Assembly (NCBI RefSeq): GCF_006345805.1
Contig: NC_043001.1
Coordinates: forward strand, 110,484,001-110,548,000
Direction of reading: 5' to 3'
Source of the DNA: Octopus sinensis
Lineage: Eukaryota
DNA length: 64,000 bases
Shown here: in pieces, positions 25,576-38,250 of the stretch
Position numbering within the stretch: position 1 is the stretch's first letter
How the letters are laid out: each line of letters opens with the position of its first letter
Position numbers and translations under genes: made by a program
The notes under the pieces: generated by a model
What the model saw: only the letters and a program-made list of their open reading frames with translations
What the model was told of the DNA's origin: nothing
Databases searched by the model: none

Positions 25576-25776
25576 ATTCTTTTCTACTCTAGGCACAAGG
25601 CCCAAAATTTGTGGGGAGGTGACCAGTCGAGTCGATCGACAGCAGTACACAAGTGGTACTTAAGTTATCGACACCGAAAGGATGAAAGGCAAAGTCCACC
25701 TCGGCGGAATTTGAACACAGAACGTAGCAACAGACGAAATAGCGCAAAGCTAACGTTTCTGCCAGCTCGCCGCCTT
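25576..25776 (-). mobile_element. SINE-A single unit with an imperfect 12-bp TSD
   Basis: SINE-A match; TCTG(C/T)AGTAAAA at 25563-25574 and about 25776-25787. Confidence 0.88.
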
Positions 25777-25928
25777 CTGTAGTAAAACATTAGAATCAAA
25801 TATGTTACCGTAGACACTGCCACAATTCAAACAGAAATCTTCAAGAGTACAAAAGTTTAAAATAGACGCCTAATGAAGCTAGAGAAGGAATCGCTCTATT
25901 AATCTTACAGGTGTATATATATATATAT

Positions 25929-26328
25929 AGGCGTGGGAATGGCTGCGTGGTAGGTAGCTTGCTTACCAACCACATGGTTCCGGGTTTATTCCCACTGCGT
26001 GGCACCTTGGGCAAGTGTCTTCTACTATAGCCTCGGGCCGACCAAAGCCTTGTGAGTGGATTTGGTAGACGGAAACTGAAAGAAGCCCGTCATATAAATA
26101 TGTATATATATATGTGTGTGTGTATATGTTTGTCTTTGTCCCCCAACATCACTTGACAACCGATGGTGGTGTGTTTACGTCCCCGTAACTTAGCGGTTCA
26201 GCAAAAGATACCGATAGAATAAGTACTAGGCTTACAAAAATAAGTCTTGGGGTCGATTTGCTCGACTAAAGAAGGTACTCCAGCATGGCCGCAGTCAAAT
26301 GACTGAAACAAGTAAAAGAGTAAAAGAG
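25929..26328 (+). mobile_element. SINE-B, full length
   Basis: Head-to-tail match to the other SINE-B copies. Confidence 0.92.
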
Positions 26329-27844
26329 AGTTGATTACATAAGAGTCATTAAAGGAAATCTAGACACAGGATAGTATATAGGTGGATTTCTTATTAATTT
26401 AGAGAAGACCCATGGCACTATATTTTCTAAGCCGCCGTTTTGAGCAATCTGTTAATAAAGCGGTCTTCACTAACAGAGGAACGGTGTCTTTGCCTTCAAA
26501 CATTCTTTCCAATATAGGTATCTTATTAAAAAAAGAAACAATACGTAACTGGTGTCACTTAACCCCCAAGTTAGTCTCGATTTGTCAGATATATGATCAA
26601 AATATTCCACTAAAAATTATCACTGATTTTCTTTTTCAGTTATAATGTAGCAGCGAACGTCTTCTTTCCTTTCGTGAGTTTGAAGAATGTTTGTTTGCGA
26701 ATTGTAGTAGGTCAATTAAATCACAAAGGGGCTTTCACCTTTTGTTTTGAAATCTCCAATTTAAACATACACAGATTTCTCTTTTACATTAATGCCTCAT
26801 CTACAAGTTCATCTTATTTCAGGATTAATTAAAATCCGTTCGTCAGCTTCAGTAATATAGAGCATGCGCTGTAACAATGTGCTCGTGCATCCATTTGTTG
26901 GCCATTCTCTTTTCCTGCCAGAGGACGCCTTTGCACTACTTGAGAAGCAACCTTCCAACACATAGTCTGTTTGGGTTGAGGTTACTCGTGAGGGTGTTAG
27001 TCGCCTTTTACGGCACGCAGAGGGGACATTAGGTTTGTTCCTTGATATCTCAGCCCCCACAGTGCAAAAGGGCAACGAGAAATGAAGTACTTTTTGCTCA
27101 ATAACACAACATACTGTTAGAGAATCTCTTAGTAATATTAAACTACCTAAAACTGTTTTAAACTTTAAATTCACAGCTGTACATTGGTACATAATATAAA
27201 ATAGTTTAAAATTGCCGTATATAACGAAAACTTAACCTCTATGACGTGAAATGACTACGAGATTGTTCGACCCGCGAGGATCAGAAGATAAATCACTTTA
27301 GAAATACGTCCTTCCGTCTTGAAAATGCAAATGAAGCTATGAGCAACGTAGACGTAGATACAGGATGTTTGGAAATAGAATAAAAAGAACAACGGCAACA
27401 TTTTATGTTGCATTTCTTGTTGGAAAATCTTTGACCAATCAGAGCTTAACTTTGGATAAACAAACGCCACAGCAACAGCATAACCATTTCATTGAAAAAA
27501 AAATAATAAATAATAAATAAAAAGAGATCTGATAACTATCTTGCCTTACGCATTGAAAACTCTGCATTAATCAATTAAGTCATAATTTATGCAGAGCAAA
27601 TAGCAAGTTGCGTATCACTCAATGGGACTTTAACTGGTTACACATGTTAATTCCCCAGTAACTGTTATATGCTATTATTTATTTGAATGGAGATTCGTAT
27701 GATTCATTCTAAACTGTGACGGAACTTTTGGATCTATAAAATCTCTGCGAGAATAAACTATGCGAAAACAATAGATTTCTCGAAAAAAATTATAGGCGTT
27801 TACGCAAAGTGTGAATTATAACATTACTCTAATATTTACTTGTT

Positions 27845-28247
27845 TCAGCTTGAAGCTACGGCTATGCTGGGGTATCGCTGTTGATATTGTTTGTTTGTTG
27901 AGCGTCTCGGGACTGTCTGCAGTGGGAGAAGTCCGAAACGTGGTCCTTTGCAAATTCGTAAGACCCGCAAAAGAGAAAGCAGGTCAACCCCCGACACGCA
28001 GGGTATCGACGGATGGATGAATGCGCATCCAGGCTCAGCGGTTGCGTAGGAAGTCGGGGACAAGAAACAGGAAGAAAGAGTGAGAGAAAGTTGGAGCGAA
28101 AGAGTACAACAGGGGTCGCTACCACCCCCTTCCGGAGCCTCGTGGAGCTTTAGGTGTGTTCGCTCAATAAACACACACAACAAATCGAAACCGTGATCCT
28201 CCAACCGCAAGTCCGCTGCCCTAACCACTGGGCCATTGAGCCTCCAC
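27845..28247 (-). mobile_element. SINE-C head with a different 3' half
   Basis: 28060-28247 matches 3700-3893; the 3' half is distinct but ends in a ccagcatagccgtagcttcaagctgaaac tail similar to the SINE-B 3' end. Confidence 0.75.
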
Positions 28248-28686
28248 TGCTGTTTGAGTAGTAGTTGATATCATCCCGGCTTCCCGTGTGTGCTTGTGGA
28301 GAGCCGGTGTGTTTGAAAATTGCACGCATATTTGCATTATTTTACCACAGTGTAGAATCATTAAATATCTCAAATAACAATTTGCTTGTGTAATATTTTA
28401 ACAGTTTTCATATCTGCGCATTGTAGATCTCTGAGATTATTTGGGGATGATATTGAAGAGCTGTGAGTCCTTTAATCATATATCCTTTCAATATTGAGCC
28501 CCTACCATCAATGGAGGACATATGCACTACGCAGTGACACCCAGATCGGAATTTCGCATAAGCTTCAGTCCTAAAGTTAATTACTATATAAACTTACTAT
28601 TAAATTCCTTATGAAATATAAATAATCATGAGCAATATGAAATAAGAAATGCACAGAAACACATTGGTAGTTATATGACTCAACGT

Positions 28687-28728
<42 letters not shown>

Positions 28729-28992
28729 GTATGAGTGTGTGTGCATGTGTGTGTGTGCGTCTGTGTGTGTGTTCGTGTGCGCGTGTTTCTACGTGAACTT
28801 ATGTATATCTGTGTTTTGGTTCGATTTCTGAAGATGAAAATTGTTACTTCTGCGATCAAGGAAGAAGTCGATCTCTTTACTGGACGGACACATGATCTAA
28901 GTGGCTATGTATGATTGTACTTATGCATGTATGCATACCTGTTTTTATGCCTGTTTATATGTAGGAGTTTATATATATATATATATATATAT

Positions 28993-29369
28993 ACTCTTCT
29001 AATCTTCTACTTGTTTCAGTCATTTGACTGCAGCCATGCTGGAGCACCGCCTTTAATCTAGCAACTCGATCCCGGGACTTATTCTATCGGTCTCTTTTGC
29101 CGAACCGCTATGTAACGGGGATATAAACACACCAGCATCGGTTGTCAAGCAATGCTAGGGGAACAAACGCAGACACACACGCACCCATATATATATACAT
29201 ATATACGACGTGCTTCTTTCAGTTTCCGTCTACCAAATCCACTCACAAGGCATTGGTCGGCCCGAGGCTATAGTAGAAGACACTTGCCCAAGGTGCCACG
29301 CAGTGGGACTGAACCCAGAACCATGTGGTTGGTAAACAGCTACTTACCACACAGCCACTCCTGCGCCTA
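28993..29369 (-). mobile_element. SINE-B, near full length
   Basis: Reverse-complement match to SINE-B. Confidence 0.92.
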
Positions 29370-29503
29370 TATATATATTATATATATATATATAATATAT
29401 ATATATATATATGTATAAGGGTGAAAAGGAACACACGAGTTGATATATATGAAAAAACAAGTAAAAAATAGAAAATGCTAAAATAATTTTATAGTGAACA
29501 TTT

Positions 29504-29540
29504 CAGTACCGTTTCGGTCATTTTGAGACCTTTTCAACTG
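29504..29540 (-). ncRNA. Hammerhead fold, family 2 (U3-A8 core variant), left copy
   Basis: Reverse complement: CAG-TTGAAAA-GGTC(tcaaaat)GACC-GAAACGGTA-CTG. Confidence 0.6.
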
Positions 29541-30829
29541 TAACGATTAAATAATTAAATTTAGAAAAATTAGAAGAAAAGTTTTTTTTTAAAAGAATAT
29601 TTCTATAGTAGTGTTCAGATTTAAGTGGCATTCTGCCTTTCTCTGACTCCTTGTTTGCACTTGTGTGTTCGAGGTAGTTGTGAGCTCTTGGTAGGGTAGT
29701 AGAGAGAAGGCTGGTGAGGAAAGGGGGGTGGGAGAATCTGGGAGTGCCCTGATGGTCGTATAGTTCCTGGTGATTAGGGTATCTTTTAGTTCTTGTAGTC
29801 GTGTGTCTCTGGTGTTTGCGTTAGAGACTATAGTGCATATCCTTTTTGCTAGATTGAAGGGGATATTCATCCTGGTGTGTCTGGGGTGGCATGAATTGAA
29901 TGGAAGATATTGCTTAGAGTCTGTAGGCTTATAGTATATGTCTGTTTCTATTATATTATTAGCTTTCTTAATGAGGATATCACCAGGAACTATCCACCTT
30001 CACTTATTGACAAATGCATTCAACGTGCCCTTCAACTTAACATCAAGGAACTGAGACATCCCAAATCAAAGAAAAACTTACAACCAAAAGCCTTACCATA
30101 CATCTCCACACACAACCCTCTCAATAACGAAGCCTTCGACACCATCCTCCACAACATACCCCTCCTAAAAAAAGACCACAGAATGAACACAATCCTCCAA
30201 ACACACACGATCATAAAAAGCAAAAGACAGCCTAGATCCATGAAAAGTCTCCTTACACAAGCCCGAATTCACTCTTCAACACAGAAGCCGACAGTAAAAA
30301 AATGTGGAAGACCCAATTGCGGGATATGCTACTATCTAATCGAGGGTTCTGAGTTCTCCTTCAAACAGGGACAACGTTTTACAGTGAAAAGCAACTTCAC
30401 ATGTGCTTCGGAGAACCTAATATACTCACTAACCTGCTCCGGGTGTCAGAGCAGTACATAGGCCAACAAAAAAGGTTTGCGTAACGAATGGCCCTGCACA
30501 GATCCCAGATAAAAATTCCCCAAAACAGAAAAATAGCTTTTAGCCAACACATAGATACTTGCGCCAACAAAAAACACCAAACTTCAGAATTTTCCCCCTC
30601 TACTAACCAATTTAGGGACGATACAACCTCGAGACAACGAATAAGTAAAGAAAATCTCTTTATTACAAAATACAAGCCACTTCTTAACGGTCTACGACAA
30701 ACAATTAATATACCTCTCAACTTTAGAATAAAAGAAAAAAATATATATACACCACAAATACTACACTCATAGAATCCATTACTAATCAGCCCCTTCATAG
30801 CTATATTTTACATTCATATTCTCCCTTCT

Positions 30830-31085
30830 CTGTTTTTTTCTTCTTCTTCTTCTTCCTCTTCTTCTTCATCATCATCATCGTTATCATCATCATCGGCATC
30901 ATCATCATCGCCACCATCATCACCACCATCTTCTCCTTCTCCTCCTTCTTCTTCTTCTTCTTCTTCATCATCATCGTTATCATCATCATCGTCGTCATAA
31001 TCATCACCACCACATCACCATCATCGTCATCTTCTCCTTCCTTTCTCCTTCTTCTTCTTCTTCTTCTTCTTCTTCTTCTTCTTCT
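30830..31085. repeat. (CTT)n/(CAT)n compound microsatellite inside the PLE 3' region
   Basis: Read directly. Confidence 0.9.
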
Positions 31086-31436
31086 CCACCCCCTACCCCT
31101 TAAGTTTGTCACTAATGTTTTTTAGTATAACACCTACGCTAATCTATAAAGAAGCCTGTCAATATAAATATTCTCCTGAATTGAACTGAGACTGCCAGCC
31201 GCCACTGACCATTCAAAATACGACCATCAGGGCACTCCCAGATTCTCCCACCCCCCTTTCCTCACCAGCCTTCTCTCTACTACCCTACCAAGAGCTCACA
31301 ACTACCTCGAACACACAAGTGCAAACAAGGGAGTCAGAGAAAGGCAGAATGCCACTTAAATCTGAACACTACTATAGAAATATTCTTTTAAAAAAACTTT
31401 TCTTCTAATTTTTCTAATTTAATTATTTAATCGTTA

Positions 31437-31473
31437 CAGTTGAAAAGTCTCAAAATGACCGAAACCGGTACTG
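31437..31473 (+). ncRNA. Hammerhead fold, family 2 (U3-A8 core variant), right copy
   Basis: CAG-TTGAAAA-GTC(tcaaaat)GACC-GAAACCGGTA-CTG; palindromic stem III ACCGGT. Confidence 0.6.
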
Positions 31474-32519
31474 AAATGTTCACTATAAAATTATTTTAGC
31501 ATTTTCTATTTTTTACTTGTTTTTTCATATATATATATATATAATATACATATATATATGAATAAATAAATAAATGGAATTGAACGAAGATGTTAATAAA
31601 ATTCCTTTTATTAGCATCTTCGTTCAACTCCATTTATTTATTTATTCATCTATAACACACAGATTACTGCACATTAACCCGGCGTTTCTACCTTTGGATA
31701 GGTCGCTTCAACCGTGTTTCTGACGTGAATTTGCAACCCTGGTAACTGTTCATTGAATTTTCCATGTTAACGGTAAACATAGGATAATTCATTCAGCCAT
31801 CGATATATATATATAATATATATATGCGCATAGATGTATGCCTGTATGTATCTATTCATGTATGTGCAATGGTTTACATCACTTATTCCCTTTAATAACC
31901 CGCTATAAAATACCATCTTCAGTTCCCCATTGATCAAAAATGCAGTTAAATAAACGAGTTAAGTTGCAAGGAATAAACACATGAGCAACATCGATCACAC
32001 TTGTTCTTATTTGTAAACTCTTGTGGTTGCATCCTGAGTAAATAACATCGCATCGACAACTAAGACATAACGGAAACCTTCTACAAAATATTCGTCACAG
32101 ATATAGCGTCAATTAAGAAACAAATACCTTTCTGCAATATGAGCAAATACGAGCTGGTATTCGTTTGGAAATCTAGCCATGTGATACTATACATGCATCC
32201 AACATTTCAGAACAAATACCCTTTCTGCTAACCTTTATGCGAGATTAGCCAAAGTAATCGTCATCGCGTTCTATTCCTTTCAAAATAAGTATGCCAAAAA
32301 CCGTATAGATAAAAACACCGCCCCGATTTCCTTGGAAGATGTATTTTTAGAGTTGTTATAGCCATTAAGGCGCAAAATTGTAAGCATGCAAATGTATTAT
32401 ATCAACATTTCAACTTGTGAATTTGGTCATTTATGTGTCTACACAAGTCGTTATACTGCTTTTTATACAAAGCGAAAGTGACTATAAACATCATCATCAT
32501 CAGTTACTATTTTTTTAGA

Positions 32520-32620
32520 CCCTCTTCGGAGGGGGGGGGTCTGTTCATGGGATTGCACCTAGAAAGTTACCCTCCCAGGCACAAGTCAGGGCAAGGTTAT
32601 TTATGGAAAACCAGCAGTCG
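32520..32620 (-). mobile_element. SINE-D 3' fragment
   Basis: catgggattgcacctagaaagttaccctcc matches 43515-43545. Confidence 0.8.
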
Positions 32621-32828
32621 CCTTCATCAAGTGTCGTGGGGAAATTTCGAACCTGGATTCTCATTCCTAAGGTATTTTTCGATGAAATTTCCCCAAGACA
32701 CCTGATGAAGACTGGAGGGTATATTAGCCGAAATGTTGTGTTAACAACAAGCAGGATGAGGACAAATATCCGTCAAATGTAAATAATGTAAATAATGTAC
32801 AGAATTCCTCATCTCTTAAATATAGAAC
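32621..32828 (+). mobile_element. Family-1 hammerhead element, copy B, with an inverted partial duplicate
   Basis: HHR at 32697-32742 with intact CTGATGA; 32621-32684 is the reverse complement of the element's upstream part through gacac(t)tgatgaagg. Confidence 0.8.
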
Positions 32829-33353
32829 TGTACAGAGTTATAAGGTATTGTCAAAGTGAATTTGAGCTTCGTCAAATGTTTATTTATTTTTCGCTGAATC
32901 TCGAGTTGACCGAAACATTGTAAGTGTAATTTCGCAGAGAGATGTTAATTATATACATACATATACATAGGGGAAACATATGCGTATACACGTTTTATGC
33001 GTCTGAGCAGGGCATTTACATGGTTGTAAATTTATCTGTATCGTAGTTGAACAGTGGTGTCATTATGTCCTGTCATATGAAATTGAGAGAATAATTCCAG
33101 ACATGAAAAGTGAGTGCTATGGTAAATATGATGGACTAAACTATGAAACGCAGTGCTACAGTATGGCCTTTTAAAACTGATGCTGGTAAAAGAATTAATG
33201 AAAGAATACTTAATTGAACATGTTTATTTTCCAGTTAGTTTACGAATACTATGTATGTTGTTTCTATATTATGCCTTTGATATGTTTCCATTTTTTTACG
33301 AGATACTTGCTAGAAGAAAGAATATTAAGTTTTAATAATAAAATATTCCTTCT

Positions 33354-33730
33354 AAGGCGGCGTGCTGGCAGAATCGTTAGCACGCCGGGCCAAATGCTTA
33401 CTGGTATTTCGTCTGCCGTTACGTTCTGAGTTCAAATTCTGCCAAGGTCGACTTTGCCTTTCATCCTTTCGTGGTCGATGAAATAAGTACCAGTTACGCA
33501 CTGGAGTCGATGTAATCGACTTAATCAGTTTGTCTGTCCTTGTTTGTCCTCTCTGTGTTTAGCCCCTTGTGGGTAGTGAAGAAGTTCTGAGTTCAAATTC
33601 CACCGAGGTCGACTTTGCCTTTCAACATTTCGGGGTCGTTAAATTAAATACCAGTTGCATACTTGGGTCGATCTAATCGACTGACCCCTCCTCCAAAATG
33701 TCGGGCCTTATGCTTAGAGTAGAAAGGAAT
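33354..33730 (+). mobile_element. SINE-A dimer with a 16-bp TSD
   Basis: AATAAAATATTCCTTC at 33337-33352 and 33728-33743. Confidence 0.92.
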
Positions 33731-34577
33731 AAAATATTCCTTCGATTTTGATCTCTATTTGCAACTAGCATTACATTTAAAAGCAAAAGCAGAATACTAA
33801 ACATGTTTTCATATTCAGAAAACATAATTTTATTGGGTCAGTTCAGGTAGGGTGTATTTACGAAATATTTAAAGGTTCTGATAAATGAGCTTTTTAGTTT
33901 ATCATCTGGCTCGTTACGTCAGGATTAAAACACCATCGATAAAATCGTAACCTGTAACCTTCCCGTATCGATAAAATATATTTCTCTAACAAGTCAATCA
34001 ATGGAGTCATTGATTTTGAATAACTCCTCCCTTACGAACTGCTAGCGTTGTAACTAAAATAGAAACAAATATTTAAGTGACGACATGGCAGAATCATAAA
34101 AGCGTCGGAAAATACATTGAGTTAGCTGTCCAGCTCTGAACGTTCTGATTTCAAATCGCATCGTGATGAACTTTACGTTTCATTCTCTTAATGTTGGTCA
34201 ATCGGCAGAATGGTTAGAATGTCGGAGAGATTGCTTTGCTGTAATCATTCAAATACTCTTCGATCTGTTTTTTAAAATCCTGAAATGATCCTTATTGCCT
34301 TTTAACTCTATGTGATCAATAACATAAGACTTGTGATAAAGTACTGGGATCGTTGCTAACGACTAAATCCCTACCATCAATAATACTGCGATATGCCGAG
34401 ATGAGCCATCATCATTAGATCACTTCATTGGGTAGTTTATTGGCGAATATTTATACTCGCCTTATTTCTTCCAGTACTTTATGCCCTGTGTTCAGATCCT
34501 GTCGTGATCAATGTTCTGAATCAACAAATTTAGATATCAGCCTGGGACGATGAATTTTATTCTTTTATTCATTTACC

Positions 34578-34950
34578 CTCTTACTTGCTTCAGCCATTTC
34601 ACTGCGGCCAGCTGGTACACCGCCTTTAGTCGAACAAATCGACCCAGGACTTATTCTTTGTAAGCATAGTACTTATTCTATCGTTCTCTTTTGCCGAACC
34701 GCTAAGTTACGGTGACGTAAACACACCAGCATCGGTTGTTAAGCGATGGTGGGGTAACAAACACACACACACACACACGTACACATATATATGACGGGCT
34801 TCTTTCAGTTTCCGTCTACCAAATCCACTCACAAGGCTTTGGTCGGCCCGAGGCTATAGCAGAAGACACTTGTTCAACGTAACACGCGGTGGAACTGAAC
34901 TGGGAACCATGTGGTTGGTAAACAAGCTACCTACCACACAGCCACTCCTA
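34578..34950 (-). mobile_element. SINE-B, near full length
   Basis: Reverse-complement match to SINE-B. Confidence 0.9.
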
Positions 34951-36184
34951 TCGTTCAAGTTTCGACTTGATTTATTCGAAGAAACTCCGATCCCAAAATT
35001 TCTGGCTTTGTGGCGATACCAGAAATAATTCACGTCGCATCCATTTGGATTCAGGTCTCGTCTACATGCGTAGTAACCTGAGCAATCATCTTCCCTTATA
35101 GTCTTGATTGAAGCAAGGTCTCACATGTGAAATTCAAGACTAAAGTTGCGTGTGAGTACATATACAAAAATGTGATTTAAACATCTTCATTATTAAAGTA
35201 CGCTTTATATTTATATATTGTATTATAAACAATCGATAAATAGGTCTGCTAAACTCGAAAAATACATTAAAATTATGATATAAAAATTATATTTCCACAC
35301 GTAAAAGTAATATATTGAAATGCTATCTCAACAAATATTAAAACGACTACATTGAAAATATTGTCTTAAAACTTTACAATTTATTGTGAAGTCTCGTTTC
35401 TACTGGCTTTTCTCTTTATTTTTTAAAAATAACATATTGCTATGCAGGGCTGTCAAGAGTTATTTATTTGATAACAGTCGTTTTGAAGCGATATTTTCTT
35501 TATTTTATTGGCGTTCATCAAAACTTACTTCTATTTATATATCGCATAACTACTTTTTTGCAAAACAATTGCTAAATCGATAAATACTACTTTGTTAACT
35601 CAAACCAAGCCTTGTATGATAATTCTTCATAGAAATCCGAGACGCAGTCGATTATAAATTTTTCATTATTTTTTCCACAAAGTCTCCTCTCTGCATGCGA
35701 GATGCTGAGCATCTAATATTTATTTTACATTACTCTTATCGCTTATACCAATTGTTAAATTACTGACTTCTTGCGTCATGGACTGCTGAAACAATATCCA
35801 GTCTATCAGACTAGATAGGGAGTTAGATATTTAATGATTTATCTGTAGACATATACACGTCTATGTAGGCATCTATATCATTTCTGTGAGCTCACTGTTG
35901 TGTACTGACTTTTGTTTCTGGGTGTATACTTTTACAAAGTTATGTAAGAGAATAGTATACGATTATGTGATTTCCGGTTTCTCAATAAAATTCGATTTTC
36001 GGAGTAACAGAATATTTCCAGCGTGTAACCACTACGGCCTGGCAAATTAAATAGGCACATGTCCATCGTATTACAAAAGAAATTTTAAAAGCCAAGTATT
36101 TATCAATGTAACAAGGACAAGTCTAAGGCACATCGTGGAATGGAGTCTACAATGATGGAACTCAACGAGTTACAAATATGAAAT

Positions 36185-36582
36185 TATATTTTCTACTCTA
36201 GGTACAAAGCCCGAAATTTTTGGGGAAGAGCCAGTCGATTAGATCGATCCCAATACGCAAATGGTACTTAATTTATCGACCCCGAAAGGATGAAAGACAA
36301 ATTCGACCTCGGCGGAATTTGAACTCAGAACATAACGAGAGACCAAATACATATTTCTTTACTATCCATAAGGGGCTAAACATAGAAAGGACAAACAAGT
36401 ACAGACAAACGGATTAAATGGATTACATCGACCCCAGTGCCTAACTGGTACTTATTTAATCGGCCCCGAAAGGACGAAAGGCAAAATCGATCTCGGCAGA
36501 ATTTGAACTCAGAACGTAGCGGCAGACGAAATACCGCTAAGCATTTCGCCCGGCGTGCTAACGTTTCTGCCAGCTCGCCGCT
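36185..36582 (-). mobile_element. SINE-A dimer with a 15-bp TSD
   Basis: TTACAAATATGAAAT at 36170-36184 and 36583-36597. Confidence 0.92.
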
Positions 36583-36688
36583 TTACAAATATGAAATAAT
36601 GTGAAATGTGTACAAACACGCACACAAACTCACGCGCACACATACACATAAGCATACATACATATATATATATATATATATAATATAG

Positions 36689-37028
36689 AGTGGAGGCGCA
36701 TGGTTCAGTGGTTAGAGCATCGAGCTTACGATCGCGAGGTTGTGAGATCGAATCCCGGACCGGGCTGCCTGTTGTGTTCTTGAGCAAGACATTTTATTTC
36801 AGGTGGCTCCATTTAACTCAGCTGTAGAAATGAGTTGCGACGTCACAGGTGCCAAGCTGTATCGGTCCCCTTGCCTTTCCCTTGGATAACACTGGTGGCG
36901 TGGAGAGGGAATGCCAGGATGCATGGGTGACTGCTGGTCTTCCATAAACAACCTTACCCGGACTTGTGCCTGGGAGGGTAACTTTGTAGGTGCAATCCCA
37001 TGGTCAGTCATGACTGAAGGGAGTCTCA
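36689..37028 (+). mobile_element. SINE-D, full length
   Basis: tggttcagtggttagagc A box, gagatcgaatccc B box; the body matches the reverse complement of 43491-43813. Confidence 0.9.
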
Positions 37029-37030
37029 GC

Positions 37031-37070
<40 letters not shown>

Positions 37071-37074
37071 ATAA

Positions 37075-37190
37075 ATCTCAGAGCGAGTTATAAAGTGTGT
37101 CTCTAGCCAGCTGGAGGAGGTGTCCTCCTGGGGCTACAAACTACAGTAGCATCCACCCTTAGGGGTTAGCCATATTCAAATGGCAAATAT
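37075..37190 (+). mobile_element. Repeat family F, 3' fragment
   Basis: Matches 19860-19945 and 51800-51892. Confidence 0.7.
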
Positions 37191-37209
37191 AAGTCACTAT
37201 ATATATATA

Positions 37210-37267
<58 letters not shown>

Positions 37268-37405
37268 CCTACACACACACATCCTTATACTTACTGACCT
37301 AAGTTAATAATAAATAAATCCTTTTGAAGAAAAATCCATTCGAGCACCTCAAATGATCTCATTTCTGTTGTGTTCGACTATCCTCTTCTTGTAAATGTAT
37401 TTATG

Positions 37406-37687
37406 GATCTTTTCCCTTTGAACGGCAGATCGAGAAATCAATTTTTGTAACTAAGTTGTTGTTGACAAACAACATCAATAATTTTATTAAACTGAATACA
37501 CGTCATTGATTGCTTGAAATTACCGAAATACAACTTTAACACGAAATAACTTCGTAAATATAAACTTTTCTCAAAAACGCTAAGAGTAAAAGATGTTTTA
37601 TATGACCAACTCTACCAGTATACGGAGCATCAAAGTGTTTAGTTACAAAAACTTATTTTCTAAATCTGCCGGTCAAAAGGTAAAGAT
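37406..37687. mobile_element. MITE with ~50-bp imperfect terminal inverted repeats
   Basis: Left gatcttttccctttgaacggcagat..tttttgtaactaa; right reverse complement atctttaccttttgaccggcagat..tttttgtaactaa. Confidence 0.7.
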
Positions 37688-37997
37688 ACATATTTACTAA
37701 CTTTATAATAGTGTGCGAATTTGTACAATGATTTATGTACATTTAGTCATATCTCAAATCTGCTAGCCCACAAGAAAGTGTTATACATTAAACAAATGTA
37801 AGGAGATTCGACAAGGAATCATCTATTAAACACAAGAGACCTGAAAATATATTCTCTGAGAATATACCTGGTGCACAATATAGAATTTGAATTAATATGA
37901 GTCGACTTGACCTTTAGTTGTAGAGAAAATTTTAATAGAAAAATTCGTTATATTCCTGAGAAAAATAATTAAGCATATAATTACGCAATAAAAAAAT

Positions 37998-38250
37998 CAT
38001 AAATGCACCCTTTTAAAGCCTAGCCAGGCTTTTGGGTCCGATTTCCCAGTTTTAATGGCGTATGTATTCCCCAGTTCGATGGGGCGCCAGTCCATCGTAG
38101 CATTACTCATTTTGCCAGCTGAGTGGACTGGAGCAACGTTAAATGAAGTGTTTTGCTCAAGAGCACAACGCGTCGCCCGGCCCAGGAATCGAAACCACAA
38201 TCTTACGAACATGATGCTGACATCCTAACCAATAAGCCACGCATCTCCAC
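37998..38250 (-). mobile_element. SINE-E
   Basis: Reverse-complement match to 52958-53197. Confidence 0.85.

Larger units (their letters stand above)
29442..31530 (+). mobile_element. Penelope-like element (Neptune type), 5'-truncated, with an inverted RT segment and inverted terminal repeat
   Basis: Minus 29981-29762 reads DILIKKANNIETDIYYKPTDSKQYLPFNSCHPRHT..IPFNLAKRICTIVS..RLQELKDTLITRNY (PLE RT C-terminus/thumb). Plus 29979-30700 continues ITRNYPP..KCGRPNCGIC..LIYSLTCSGC..QYIGQ..RMALHRSQI..KENLFITKYKPLLN (Zn linker + GIY-YIG, frameshifted near 30455). A ~320-bp repeat lies at 31219-31530 and inverted at 29442-29762. Confidence 0.93.

Noticed and set aside
26809-27192. 127-aa minus-strand ORF and a faint IEHAL*QC motif on the plus strand
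   Set aside because: No recognisable domain; at most a very old retroelement remnant, too weak to call.
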